DNA of 64,000 bases from Azolla caroliniana (taxonomy: Eukaryota; Plantae; Polypodiophyta). A program made the position numbers and the translations under genes. Shown piece after piece: positions 43,201 to 57,716 of this stretch. The DNA lies in NCBI GenBank assembly GCA_043228905.1, contig JBHGNT010000010.1, forward strand, positions 21,700,001 through 21,764,000, in the 5' to 3' direction. The notes beneath the pieces were generated by a model, which worked only from the letters and a program-made list of their open reading frames with translations, ran no database searches and was not told the DNA's origin. Positions within the stretch are counted from its first letter, which is position 1. Each line of letters starts with the position of its first letter.

Positions 43201-45804
43201 GTTATTCACATGAAGGATGGAGCAGCAGTGACTGGGCTGATGATTGCAGGGATATCTCTTACAACAGTTTCTATTACAGGAAATCCTATTTATGATCCAA
43301 TTGGCTCAATATTTGTGGGCACCTTGCTGGGGGTGGTAAGAATGTCTGTTTTAACTTAGTACATTGAAATATTTTGCTGTTTCCTTTACACACAATACAA
43401 GGAAGCCTGGAAAATACGCACATTGCATATGGCTTTAGCTATCTTGGCCTTTAATCAGCATTGCAAGTACATATCATCGTGTAAGAAGAAAGTCGACCAA
43501 GGCCAACACTTCAAGAACTGTTTCTAGGACTGGTAAGAATGCATGTTTCTACTCTTGGTTCTATGAGAACCTGTGTTTTCTTCATAGAAAACATAAAAAG
43601 ATGAGACTGGTAAATTTGCACATGTCTACATGCTCTTGCTATCCTTGGCCTTGACAAAACTCGTGATTATAAATCAGTGTAAGAAAGAAGGTTAAAGGTT
43701 AAAACACTTTTAAGAAAAGTGGATGTGAAAGGGACCTCCAGAAATAGCGGTAGCAGTGTTAACCTTGATTGATATAACCCCAAATATGGCTTACAGTGTT
43801 CGAATACTTTGGGATATGTATATTTGTGAACATCAATTTCATGGCAATAATAATTTATTTGACTTTTTCCCAATACCGATTCTCTCTCTTTGCCGTAGGT
43901 TGCTGTGTTTTTGATTCAACGAAACCGACATGCTTTGTTAGGAAGAGCGATGGACCGACAAGATATGAAACGTGTGCTTGATTTTCTAGCATCTGATCCA
44001 GTAATCTCTACATTACTGGAGGACAATGTTGACAATGTTTCACATGCACTTTTCTCAAAACCTTGTGCCACATTGATCTTGATTTCGTTTCTTTAGGTCG
44101 TGGATGCTGTCTATGATTGCAAAAGTGAAGTCATTGGACCGAGATCCTATAGATTCAAAGCAGAAATAGGTAAACATGCATCTTTTTAGTATTCTTTGCT
44201 AATATCTCTTTAGCATATGACTGTTAATGATCTAAGGAGATGTAGAAAGTTCATTCGTGAAGGTGTGCAGATGGCATGGTTAGAGGCCATGCTGTTACTA
44301 TGTAGAGGTCTTAGTGCAGACATTATCTGAGAAGTGGGGATACTCTTTCTAGGTGTGAATACAATCGCAAGTTTCCCTGCAGACAGCTCTCCACTCCTGT
44401 TAAGACTTGAAGAGTATAATGTTGCTAGGTCCTTCTCAAGCAAGTCTTCCAGGGATAGACTGTCATACTCTGGCGGATTAAACAATTATAGTCCTGGCAA
44501 GCGAGGAGTCTGTTTCCCATTCAATCAAGCCATGATCCTAGTCTTTTTTGATTGACAGGGTGACTTTCCAAATAAGGAGACTAATATGTCTTACCTGAAA
44601 TAATGTGCACATTCTCATTTATGGTCAATTCTCTGTGATGCTTTAGTTTCCACTGAATTTCATCTTATCAATTTCAATGAATTCTCAAAAGGGTTGAACA
44701 AATATAAGATTCTCTTTGATCTTTTGGAAATACAGTATCGTTGAAAAATGGAGCCTATTCAGAGAGTATATAGCTTTGTCTTTTACCCCTAGGTGGGTAT
44801 TTGTACATATAGTGACCATCGAAACAACTTCAGTGTAATGCAATAGGTCATAACATTAGAAGTGACGTACCAATGGAGATCATCTGTTCATAATCATACA
44901 ACTATGCAATAGTTGTCTTTACTACATGCAAAAAACCACCTAAGAGGTTAATATTAAATAATGAAATTTGAGAGAAACAAATTGGCTGAAGACAAACATT
45001 GCATGTCCCTTCGTATTGCTCTCTTCTTGTGTTAAATGTGTGATGTGAGATAGGCTTGAGAGTAGCACACTAGAGAGCAGCAAATGGGGCATCTAATCAA
45101 GAAAGTTATGTGTTGGTATCTGATTTTTCTCATTATTCAGGAATTGGTTGTTTACTGCCTATGGTGAAACGTAATTATACTCTTATCATATTTCTGGCTA
45201 CTCTGGCTACTCCATTAATTAGAGGAAATGTAGAGTTTATGTCTAGTTTCTTTTATGCAAATTAAACTATAGGTCCTTGCATCGTTTCATAGCACTTGCT
45301 GTTTTAATATCTCAGTAACCGTTTGGTATTGACAGACTTCAATGGAGTTGTCATTGTTAAGAATTACCTGAAGCAGAATCATCGAGAGGCATGGGCCAAT
45401 CAGGTTAGTTTATGGATTCTGGAGTACTGTGAATGCCATTCTATTCTGAAATAGTTTGGAGCTGATATCAAATTTATTATGATCTTTTATCTGGATGTTG
45501 TGGAATTCTGAAACAGTTCAAAGCAGCAGTAAATGATCCAGATGAACGTGCTTTGGATAATCTCATGTCTTTCTATGGTAGAATGTCTCTTGATTGCTCA
45601 TATCATACTGCAGTAAGTACATTGCTGATGTGAACTCCTTGTAGTGGATGTAAGTGGATATACATGTATTTTGCAGGGGAAGAAGTGGTTTCAGCTCTTG
45701 GTAGTGAGGTTGACAGATTGGAAAGAGAGATTCAGAGACTTGTTCCAGGAATTCGACATGTTGATATCGAAACTCACAATCCAAATGGTCCACTTTCTTC
45801 ATGA
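39919..45804 (+). CDS. MTP7: Metal tolerance protein C4 / MTP7 (cation diffusion facilitator), ~14 exons
   Basis: SQRAVTVALWCNF, AEAVHSLADLANQ, HPYGYSKERFVWSLISAVGIFCLGSG, GHDPTAVAVLMEDGAAVTG, YDCKSEVIGP and RHVDIETHNP. First exons: 39919-40192, 40398-40505, 41291-41357, 42146-42278. The start could instead be the in-frame ATG at 39682. Confidence 0.93.
41783..42085. repeat. Tandem duplication, ~158 bp x2 (MTP7 intron)
   Basis: ATGCTCTAGATTTTCACTGCAATG... at 41783 and 41941. Confidence 0.9.
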
Positions 45805-47330
45805 TTTATCTGGTGATTTTAATGTTCATCCAGAAGTCATGGTCAAATAAAAGAATACCACCCAAAAAAAGCAATTTGAGTGAAATAGCATATGATCAGA
45901 CGTGATAACTTTGTACAAATATCCAATTCGAGAAATTAAAAACAAACTCTACTTGATCACACTGCTCTATGAATGCATGATGATTTCAATTTCATAGAAA
46001 ATGTATTTGACAGAAAAGAGAAACAACCTAGGAATGTCATCAAAAGGTTACCTTGGTAAGGACAGATGGATATTAGATTCCAATGAAATAGAAAAGGTAT
46101 TAGAAGATCTACAAACTAACTTCAAAGTAAAGTAAAACAAATGTAAAGTTGGCAAGTTTTACTACCAGAGAAAAAAACGAAATGACCTGAGTGAGACAAA
46201 TGGAAATTGTTTGCTATGCTGTAACAATGTTCTGAAAATTTCGTAAGATTTCTTTGTTTCATCTTTGCAACACTTAGATGTTTTCTGCTCTTTTGTTTGA
46301 TTTGGACTATGCTGTGCCATGGCATAGAACTCTTACATATGGTCAAAATATTTTTGGCAGCCATACAAGTAAATATTTATCGTATTCTAATTTCTAAAGG
46401 CAATTATATAAGTAAATGTTTGTGGTATGCATATAAGTGTGAAATTTGTGCCATCTCTTTCCAGAAGTATCTATATTAAATACTTTGCATGGCTTAGCTA
46501 CGTATTTGAAACACTAATTTTTCATCAAATATATTTGTCACATTTTGAATATACATCATGTGAGCATCCACATTATGTTAAACCCGCCTCAGTTTTAGGA
46601 ATCTCATTATCGTTTTAATGGCCCCAGACATGATGTGACAAGTACCGAGGAACTTGCATGATGAAAAATGCACATTTGCAGTTAGTGAAGACAACAGGAC
46701 CTAAAAACCAAAAATCAGCAAGGTTTCCTAATTTAGGGCAAAATCCCAGTGTTCTTAGGTTTGTGACTTGTTACCAGAGAATAACATTGTTGCAAATTAC
46801 CTTTAATATCTTCTGACAAACTATCAACTGAACCTTGGCTTTCAAAACAAACTGCTAGAACATTGCAAAATGTCACTCAAATCCCGTTCTTATTTCTGTA
46901 ACTCTCAAACATAATTCTGAGACATCATATCATGGACACTGTACATTCTAACAGAGGAATACTACATTTGAAGATGCCTCTATTAACCCAGGGACTACAT
47001 ATCTATACAAAGTAGGGGCTTGGCACTAAGATTGAACCATTTTATGGCATCTCTTTTAGCCAAGGGATATTGGAAACTTCTATATAATAGGGGCTCGGAT
47101 TGAAGATATAATCAGTAACACGATTGGATTGAAGTTACAACACTTCCTGGCATTCCTGGCATTTATATAACCAACAAGATTTACTCTACTATGTGTGTAT
47201 TCTTTGCGATCATGTATCATCTCCATAACAGAACATGGTAAAATTGTAGAGCTTTTTTACTTCAATATTATGAAGATGCCACATGCTTTGGAAGGCATTT
47301 AGGGGTCATTTCTCAGTATGTAGCATCCCA

Positions 47331-50300
47331 TTACTTCTGAGCCTTCAGCTTTAACCGATTGAAGAGCACAAGAAAATGTCTGTCTGGGACGGAGTATACA
47401 AAGCCAATCTCTGCTCCATTTAAATGACCAAGGCCCTGCAAAACCACATTCACCTTTATGCATTTAACTAGAGTGTTATGAAGAAAGTGGCTAAAACAAC
47501 GCTGTTATCTATTTAATGTTTACCTTCCCATCAAATAATAGGAGTTCTCCATCAACCCACTGCGGATTAATAAAACCAGGTTCTGCCAACATGCCCTGGC
47601 CTTTATACCTCGCAATCTACAAAGGCAATACATGAACCTCAAAACTTATTCCCCTAAGAAAACAATGGACACGGTTAAAGTCGCTAGTCATTATTACCAC
47701 TCCAAGCTCCTCTGGATAGATACCTTGATGTGACAGCTTACAGTCTTTCCCTATCTTTGCTCTGAAGGTAACCTAGAAAACAAAAAGCAACAATTTGGAA
47801 CTAAAAACAAATCTAATCAAGGAATACTGAGGGATAAAACTAGAAAGTTCATACTTGACCAGCTGGTACATTCAAATCTCCAGTAAGCTTCACAGCTTCA
47901 ACATATTCAAAAAACTCAAGTTTTTCTTTATAATTGCTTATATCTGATTCTCTATGCCAGTGGCCAAATTTTCGCCGTAGCTGGACTATCTCTGATGTAA
48001 AAGGCCCAAAAGAACCAATATATAATCCTGTCAAAAAATGAAGGATCTCTAACTCTCTCATATAATCCTGCAAACAAAGGTGGTACCATGGGTCATGTTG
48101 GCCCCCTGTGGACGTTAATATATCATTATGAACATATGAAGCTATTAATCTAGAGGTCAAGCAACTATAATGCGAACTTGTAGACCTAGGTTGAAATATT
48201 CAAACCGGTCGACAACTCTTTTCAACAATCTAAATTGTTCTCATTGCACAGCAATCTTAAAATCATTTGACAAGTTGGAGAAACATACTAGGACGCCAAG
48301 AAAAGATTATCCTTCCACATTTTCCTAATAAGCTACTGTGAAACTTCTAGTGTCACGAACCTGATACTGTCCACACCAGGCTAGAGACAGTATATTCTTT
48401 TCCATAGGTCTGTCAAACTTTTCAGCATTCTCATATTTCCAAGTATAGTCATTCAACATTACTTCTATGCTACGCAGTTCAAGCATTTAAACCAGTCCAC
48501 AATTCTTTTCAAGAGTCTAAATCGTTTAAATTACAGCAATCATATAGATTTAGGTTCAAACTTTTAGACCAGCCAACTAGCACCATAAGCATGGAATCTC
48601 TCTTAGCTAATATAAGGGCAGAAATCATGCTTGAACTTATATTAGTTACGACACATCTCAATTTACATCAAGCTGGTTTTTCTGAGTGAGCTTGCCCTAG
48701 AATGACCTGAAGACTTATGCCTTGTAATACTCTCAATGAAACACACTATTACAAAGCCGATGAAAACGACCACAGAGATACTGCTAGATAATGCAGTTTC
48801 ACAGTCTATATTCACACCAATTTCTATTACTGAGTAATTCTACACAAAAAAAGTTATTGAGAAAACAGTTTGATCAGACCTCGTTCTGCAGTAGGATATG
48901 GTTTCATTATTGGAACTTCCAAAGAGCTGTTGGGCCATTTCTTATTGAAAACTCCAAAATATAGTTCAAGCTGTGGAAAGACGGCAATATATAACTTTGC
49001 TAACATTATTTTTGCTTGTCAACTGAAATAATGTCATCAAATTGTATCCCCATGCTTACAAGGGATTATAATAGATTAATCAGCAATTATGTTATGTCAT
49101 GCTATGCAGTCCTACCTCCTTCACGTTCATACTGGATCAACATACTTAGTTCTGTGATGCCATAATAAGCCAATCCAAGTACTTATTGAGTTCTTGCAGT
49201 ATTGACCAAACCTCTAGTATGTCTATAATAATTTAGAAGAAAGAACCTGTACACAATCCTAGCACATGATTTTTTTTGCATGTAACATTAATATTTATTC
49301 ATTGCATAAGAGAAATTAGGTTTAAGGTGTTATGAATTTAGGTCAACAATACCTGACCCATAAATAAAACATATTCTACGAGGCATGATTACCTGTCAAA
49401 GGGTCTGCTTCAGAATCAAGAAACTTGATTCGCTCAAAAGATGTACACTTTGAGAGGACATAGCGTTTCTGTACTTGGTTAACAGCCAGTTTGAGAAGCT
49501 CACTCATTTCCCTTGAAACCTGCATATCTTTATTAGTAACAATGGTCTGCATTAAGACAGTAACATAAATAAAAACATACAATCAAATATATAACAGACC
49601 ATGCAGGTGGATGCTGCAGAGAGCACAATTATCTCACCAATTGTCTGACTTTTAATCTAAACTTAACATAACAGCTGTTTCAAAAAAAACCTATTTTTAT
49701 TGGCCTGAGCGGGAACCAACAATTTTGCTCTATCTAGAAACAGCCTAATTTCTGCAGGGAAGAGTCAATTTTCAGCTCGGTCCCCCTATCTTGTTCTCGT
49801 GATTAGAACAGGGAATAGTTTTCCCTATTCCATATTTCCATCCTCATAAAGCACTCATTTTGTCTATGCAATCATTTTCAGAATAGTAATACCTTGACTG
49901 GAATTTTATCAAGATTTGAACTGGCTTCAGATGCATCTGGTTGAGAATCTGATAATGACGGTGTCATAAGAGCGGCCACTTTCAATGAAGCCAATGACTC
50001 TCTGTCCTGCATCAGTGCTGCATATTCTTCAATGTGTAATAGAAAGGAATCTTTACTTCGATATTCAATTCTTGCTGGAACCCTTGTAGAAACCTTAGGT
50101 AGTTTTCTAGCTGCAGCATTTTGAAGCATTCCACCAACTATTAATCTAATGGGTGTCTCCTTTAATTCTTGGATGAATTCATCATCATTGCCAGCTTCAT
50201 TGTTTGATTCTCGCTCAACTTCATCCAAAGGCTCTAAAGGTTCTATTTGACTCTTAGAACTTTTGTTCTCTTGAGTCCCAACTTGCTCCAAAAGTTTCTC

Positions 50301-53086
50301 AACAATCTTAGGGATATCCTCCCCGTTTGGAGTAGTCACCTTAAATACCTTAAGTTTTACATCAGGTAATCGATCTTTGAGGAAATTAATGATGCTGTTT
50401 AATCCATCATCAGCTGGATCTTCACCCTTGTTTTTGTCATCTCTAAAAGCTTTTGTTAAGTCTTTAGCCATATCTCCTTTTCCATCTTCAGTCAAGACAT
50501 TCACATTCATGACATTGGAATTGTCATTGATCTTCCCATCAACTGAACTGGCTGACACTGGTGCGGACTCCTTAGCTATTCCTTGTTGCAAATATACTGC
50601 CTGTATGATTGATTGATCATAAAACCCATTTTAGACAACTAATCTTTTGGGATGAAATCAACAAATTAAACAATGCAATTTATATACCTGTTGATGGTAC
50701 CCGTTAGAGTCTTTGCGTATGAATACTTCAAACAATGGATTGCCTGATGCTGAATTCGCCAGCTGCCTGTCAACAGCAAAACCAGTAATTAAAATAACAA
50801 AATGAGCTGCAACAAAAATAAAACAAAAATATTCTCCAACCTTGCCGTGTATCCCTTAGCTATGAGCTTTCCATATGACGGGCTGATGTTAATGATCCGT
50901 CCATATGGATCACTTTCACCCTCAGATAATCCCACCCACCACCCTACCTGCATTGCACATTACAGTGGTGCATTAAATTTCTTGTTATATGTATCTTTAT
51001 TTCAGATACACGAAGGTAAAAGGGAGTTCACGTCGATGTTTATCCAAAAAATTACCAATCCGGCTGCAGCTTTATCTCTCAGTCGTTGTGCTTCTTCATA
51101 GTGTTCAGTACTGAGAGCTTTCTGTAGAGGAGGTAGTAAAATTTGAGGGTTAGCAAGTGCAATACTGGAGAAAAGAGAGAAATATGAATATTCTGCAAAA
51201 TAAGTACTAAACTTCCAGGGTCAGCCAATGGAAGTCTACAGAATAGGAAGAAATGATGTTCATATACCGTTAGTTCTGTGAAGGCTTCCGAAACTGGGTC
51301 CTTCACAGTTGCCTCATTCAGGATAGCTTTCAACCGTGCAGCCTCTTTGAAATCTTCTTCACAGACTGCACTCTCAAGTTCACACTGCACAAAAGAGGCT
51401 TCCTGGTGAGCCTTTAAGCATAACATCACCAGGAAATGCTGTTTTTCTTTTTATTTTTAGTTTATTATTAATTAATTATTTTACTTACTCCCGTGGATCT
51501 TTTGAAATTAGAAAAGAAAACATTGTATGGTTCCTAGACAGGAGAAGCCGAGGTTGATTGGAAATCAGTGAGTCTGATCAACATTGGGTTCCAATGTGTG
51601 TCAATTAAAAGTGGTGGATTAGATATTATTTTTGGAGAGTTGACACTTCGCAGCAGCAGCAAGAATTGGCTCGTATAAACAAACCCTTTTTGACATAGAA
51701 ACCATAACGATATTGCTCTTTGCATGTCTCATAACTAAAAGTCCTCTGCTACATGCGGATGATAAATAGGCTTAAATTGCTGGCTGAGTCTATTTTACTA
51801 TATTGTTTCCTATTAATTATCACTAAGAAATACAAAAAGAGGTGCTGGTCTTCGGAACCAGCAAGGTGTCAAATTTGTACTTCAGGAGCAATTTAGCTTC
51901 TAAGCTGTAAAATTAAATTTTAAGGAATCCATAAACTTCAGGAAGTTTTATTTTTTTATCTAAGATTTCCAGGGGAAAACGTTTGCCAAGTGATGGATGG
52001 ATTGTCGTTTTGCCATTCAGTGGAAATCATAAAGATCATCATGTGAGCTTTTATACACATCAGAAAGCAGAACGATCTTCATGTAAGCTTTAATACATAA
52101 AAGGAGATTAGTGTTTAGAAGGAAATTCCCTTCCAAGTGCGCCTTGGTTTATAAATGAATTGCGCAGAAGGAGCTCCTTTTTCAGCAGGCAAGGAAAACT
52201 CGTTGTGAGATTTTGTTTATAACCCATCGAAAAACTCATTCCCGAGGAGAGTTTATGGGTAACGTATCAAGCAAAAAGGGATTCTTAGAAAAAAGAATTG
52301 CATCTAGGCAACCAATGCATTGAGAAAAAAGAGCTTCTTTTAAAGAAAGAAAAAATCTTCCCGTCATATTTATGCATAACCAATCAAACTTCATTTTCAG
52401 ACGGAAAAAAGTTTTCCTGATGAGATTTTATGCACAATCCATCACTAGAAAGATATTTTGTTTTCAGAAGGCAGCATATTGATAACAAGCGGTTCACGTA
52501 CCTTAACAATAGATAATGCCTTCTCTTGTTCTTCAAGTGCAGTAAAATACTTTTGCCATCTCTCCCAACTCCATTTCTCCTTTTCATCTTCCAGATCCAA
52601 CTCCATCTCTACATGTTCTTCTACTTCAGATGCTTCTTTCTGCTCCAAATTCTCTTTTCTTGATCCATCGAAGTATGCTTGCAACCTCTTATTTGCGATG
52701 CTAAGCATCTCACGCAAAGGGTCACCTATCCGTGAAGCAACTTTTTGCAGTGATTCAATGTCCCATATAGATATAGGAGATGACGACTGATCATTTGAAT
52801 TATTGCTTCCTGTAGCACAACAAATGAAGGGAGGAACTCCGTTTCTTTGAGTGATCTCTGGAAACCTGCAAACCCTTATTCTGACAGAGCTCTGTTTTAA
52901 ATGGGAATTGAATGCAGCCGGAGTGGAATAGGAGTAAGAAGACGATGCTGATGATGGATTTAGAGCTCGAATAGCCTTTAGACGGAGCTGGCAATCATGA
53001 CGAGAAGTATCTACCATGAAGGGCGGGCTATATGGAAAAGAAGAAGAAGAAGAAGAAGAAGAAGAAGACATGGTGGGATTAGCCAT
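47331..53086 (-). CDS. EX1: EXECUTER-family chloroplast singlet-oxygen signalling protein, ~11 exons
   Basis: Ser-rich transit peptide, [10 protein letters not shown], and UVR-like [11 protein letters not shown]. The DUF3506 C-terminus reads [24 protein letters not shown]...[20 protein letters not shown]...ARYKGQG...LFNRLKL. EX1 versus EX2 orthology cannot be resolved by eye. Confidence 0.9.
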
Positions 53087-55209
53087 ACAATGCAAACCCT
53101 AAAAGCCTTCGGTGATAGTGTCTGTGGATTTATATTGTCAGAAACTCAGAGAGGGAATGTTTGGTCCGATAGAAGAACCATTGTGTTTGTGTCACGTGTG
53201 TGTATCTCTCATCGCTACAGCCTACTATCATTTCTGCACCTACAGAATCGATACCTCTCTATCTTTCTTTTATCTACTCTCTCTGTTCATTTTGTCCTTT
53301 CATATATGTACATATGTACATAGTAACATATGTATGTATGTACCATATGTATTGTCTCTTACATACTTACCATCGTTATCATCATTGCCTTGCCTTGCCT
53401 TGCCTTGTGCCTGTCTTGTCTTGACTTTCTTTTTTAGCCTTTGTCACTTCCTTCACTCTCTCTCTCTCACTCATGGCTCCATGGACCATGGCCATCAAAG
53501 GGCCAATAATGCATCGCAAGTTGCTCCTCCCAACCAACCTCCATTGCCTTTTGGCAGCCATTGTTAGTTTGCCTAGTGACCCCACGGCACCACAGGACAT
53601 AATCATAGTCTCCTTGCTATATGAATCCTATCGCCCCATCCTATTCCTTTAGCCAATTGTATATTGGTAGCTTGGCTACATTTATTCACTGTTTCCAGTT
53701 TTGTGTCCTTTGGTTGATAGTTTTATCAAACCATATGGTTGGATTAATGACATGTGACATTCTTTTTTCTTGAACACTACTAAAATAATATCTACTTTAT
53801 GGATGACTACTCGTCCCATAGATTATCCACAAAGAGTGTAGATATTTAGTTTGTGGATGGCTTCTATTCTTTGTCTCGAGTGTGTCATCCCTTGTAATAT
53901 GTTAGTGCCACTTTGAGGATGTTTGAAGTTTATTCAATTATGTGCTTCCTTTCAAGCTATGTTTATCATCAGGCCTATTGTTTGTCAACACTAAATTTTG
54001 TAATCTGATGCCCACTTCTTTACATAAAATCAAAATCTTTTACATTCAACATAGCTTTTAGGCCTGGTACGTTAGAGAACAAAGTTAAGATTGTAAAGCA
54101 TAATTTAACTACTGATTCTTTATATTTATACTCAACCTATATATGTGATTTCCAAACAATTTGTGATCGTAAACTCCAACATACTAAAATCCATTCAAGA
54201 TTTTTCTCGTTTAAGACTACGACAAGAGATGCTTTACTTCTTACCTTACCTTTGTCATTCAAACAAGATTCTCTCCACTAACCATGCTCTATTAACTAGT
54301 AGGTAAATGAGCAACTATCCTCTTCTTCACTTGTCTACGAGGCAATGAATTTACCAAATAGTGACTTTCCACACAAATTTGTGTAAAAACCGTTGTGAAA
54401 CTCAAAATGGGTGATGGAAACCATTACGGGCATAGTTTCTATTTGAGCCTTGTGATACAAAAGCAAATCCATTGAACGTAGAACACACAATATATTATGA
54501 ACATAGAAATGCCTATAGAAATTCTAGTTTAGAACTGTAGGACAGAAAAGCAGGTTGGTCATAACTACACATAATGCGAGCATTGATAAATTGTTTCTTG
54601 ATAGAACGACAACGTTTAAAGTTTGTTCTTCTGATATGGCACTACTGCTTTCTGGTGATGTGCAAGGCAATACAATTTTTCACAAGTAACTTTTGTGAGA
54701 CATGCTAGGCATACTGCAGTTTATCACATCAACAGTTATCTAGCTGAAAAAAAATACCGTTTCTGACCCTGCATAAATCTGATTAGTTGGTTAAACACTT
54801 GAATTAATCAAGCTTATAAGATACACCATATATAGGAAGGAAACAAGACAAGGACATGAAATTAAGTTTTTGTATAATTTAAATGACATTTGGCGCATAA
54901 AATGTAAACTGTCTTCTCTCCTTGTCTGCCCATCAACAAAATTTTGCTTTGGTGCACAAAATCTCCAGCAAAGAAAATGATCAAATTGGGGATACCAGTT
55001 GAATATCTCATTCCTATAGAATATAACTACTGAATAAGGATATGCCTACAAATGATCAAGTTTCTCTCAAAGTAAATGGTCCTCGGTATGTACTACAAGG
55101 GACTGATATCAACATTCCCAAAAAGAATTGTTTTTCCATAACTCCTCCAACCATACCCCACATGCAATCCAATAACAAACTTTACATGGATCATTAGCAA
55201 CAAGCAAAG

Positions 55210-56708
55210 TCATAAGCTGTGACTTGGCTCAGGGGGCAATCGTGACTTAACTTGATTAGCGAGATGTGGCAACGTCTTCATTTGTTCCTTAACCACCCCC
55301 TCCATACACTTCTCAAGCTCTCTGGTAGAGACATCTGATTGCCTAACTAGCCTTTCAGCTTCGAACCTGTCTTGGCAAACCATCAAGCTACGACTTAATC
55401 TTTCCTGCAATAAGTTTCGGAAAGCAAGAGTTTTAAGAGCTTATTATTATGAACCTCTTCATTAGTTGGAATGAGAATTATCAAAAGTTAACGCAGGATG
55501 TGACAAGAGTAAAGTATGATTTTATGAAAACGGTATTGAATAAGCATAGAAAATTCCATAATTCTCAACATTGTCATCCCAGCTCCTCTCCAAGTCTCTA
55601 GCTAAGCATCACACTCATTGTCTCCTTTCATATTCGTTTTCCTGTATCTGATCCACTCTCTGCGATTTTCTTTATTTCTTTGTTACAAAAGGACTATATA
55701 TCATCCGTTGTCTCCTCTGAAAGGCAACATGGGCCATTCTCTATGACTTTCCTTATTTCTTATCTTTGCCATACAAAGTCTCCTAGCTCTATATCATTTA
55801 TAGTCTCCTTTAAATTTTGAAAGGTCTATTGTCTATGAGTTTTTCTTCTTTTTCTTTCTTTGACATGCAAGACCTCCTATCTCTATATCATCTATTGTCT
55901 CTTTCGAAATTCGAGATGATCTATTCTCTACGACTTTGATGCTTTTATTCTTAGCCATGCAAGGTCCTCTAGCTCAATATAATTCACTACCTCCTTGAAA
56001 TTCGAAATGGTCCATTCTCTAGCTCAATATAATTCACTACCTCCTTGAAATTCGGAATGGTCCATTCTCTAGGACTTTCATTGTTTATCATGCAAGGTCT
56101 TCTAACTCTATGTCTTATCTTCGCAAATGACTATAAAAATTCTCTCACTGGAGAACTAACCTGGAACCTTGACATTTCGTTTTGCACAGTAGAGTTGGCT
56201 TTCACCACAGGCGCGCTGCATCGTTCAACACAGTGACTGATCTGTTCCTGACTTCGGCTCCTATCGAAACACTCATATGCGCACTTGAAATACGCTCTCT
56301 GTAAAGAATGGAAGAAAAACAGTAAAATTTTTTTACATATGTCGACATAGAGAGAAAAATAAAGAAGAAAAGAAAACAGAAATAAAACGGCAGAAGAAAC
56401 ACAAAAAAAACAAAAATATGTAGAGAGAGAGAGAGAGAGATGGGAATGGACGTGGAGATGGAGATGGAGATGGAGCAGAAAGTTAAGAAAACCTCCTTGG
56501 AAGATGCACGTACGTCTGTGAGAGTGAGGGAGACACTGACTAAAGGAAGAAATAACGAAAGCAAGAAAAAAAAAACAGCATAGGCACGCATAGTGAGAGA
56601 GACCTGGAGTGTGAAATTCACATAGTTCTGTACATCCTTGAACGCCTCGTCTGCGGCCGACTGGAGGTCCTTCTGGAGATCAGAGACAAATGGTGGCACG
56701 TCCGCCAT
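55210..56708 (-). CDS. FAM136A-like (DUF842) small Cx3C protein, 3 exons
   Basis: Exons 56708-56604, 56298-56161 and 55404-55210 give NFTLQRAYFKCAYECFDR...SHCVERCSAPV...EMSRFQERLSRSLMVCQDRFE. Confidence 0.9.
55600..56130. repeat. Degenerate intronic repeat array, including a recent 50-bp tandem duplication
   Basis: Recurrent TCTCCTTTGAAATTCGAAATGGTCCATTCTCTA and GCCATGCAAGGTCCTCTAGCTCTATATCAT variants. Near-exact duplication at ~55967-56071. Confidence 0.7.
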
Positions 56709-57716
56709 AGCCTCTTCCTTCCGTCGTCTTCTGCCTCAGGCTTCGCACAGGTTTCGTTCTTTCGTCTTCAAAGGGTTTTACGTGTGCTACCTGCTCATAT
56801 TTGTGTAGCTACATATATGTATGTATGTATAGACTCTAGAGCCAGATGAGTTTAAGTAATTACCAAAATACCCCTCCTCTATTTTTCTTAAATGCTACTA
56901 GGTAAACTATATGTTAGTATCTTCAATAAATCTTTCTTTGGCATTCACGGTACTCAAAGATCAACGCTGCTAGATAAAACCATATTTTAGTATCTTCACT
57001 AAATATTTATTGGATATTTATTCACCAAAGAGTGCCACCATGAACCACATGTACTTAGACCTTTCCACAATTACATTGTGGTTGTGAATGTGTATTACAA
57101 TGTTACACAATGGCATGGTTTTCAATGTCGACACCCAATAAATGTCAAGTATATGCATAGCACGAGGATTCTCAATGAAGTCCTTACACATTCATTCTAC
57201 CCGCATTTTTATATACCCATGTATAAAAGAGATCAGTTCCTTCTTTCTTTTTGCAATATTTGTTATACTCACTTTCAACACTCATGGACCCTTCAGATGC
57301 TAAAAGAAGTCAAATATCTTGTCGCTCTTTTTACAATAGTGTACATATTCCCTTTCAACACTCGTGGATCCATTTGATGAGTACAACAATTAAAAATATA
57401 TATAGCATTGGCGACATATTTGATCTGCGAGACAACTGATAATACATCAACTTATTATATTTATAGAATATGATATTTTTAACTGAATAATAATACAATG
57501 CTGATCCTTCTTATTATGTGACTACATAACCTGCTATCTTCGACTTGTTGCTTGTAAGGATCAAGCCAAGTGCCAAGGTGGGGGGAGTCGAAAAAATGGA
57601 GTATCCCAAGAAAAATGGCAAAAAAAATGTGAAAGCAACCAAAGAAAGGATGAGAATGGTAATAAGGTGCGCCTCTCTTTGCTTCAGTTGATTCCAAGAT
57701 GACAGGATGAAAAACA

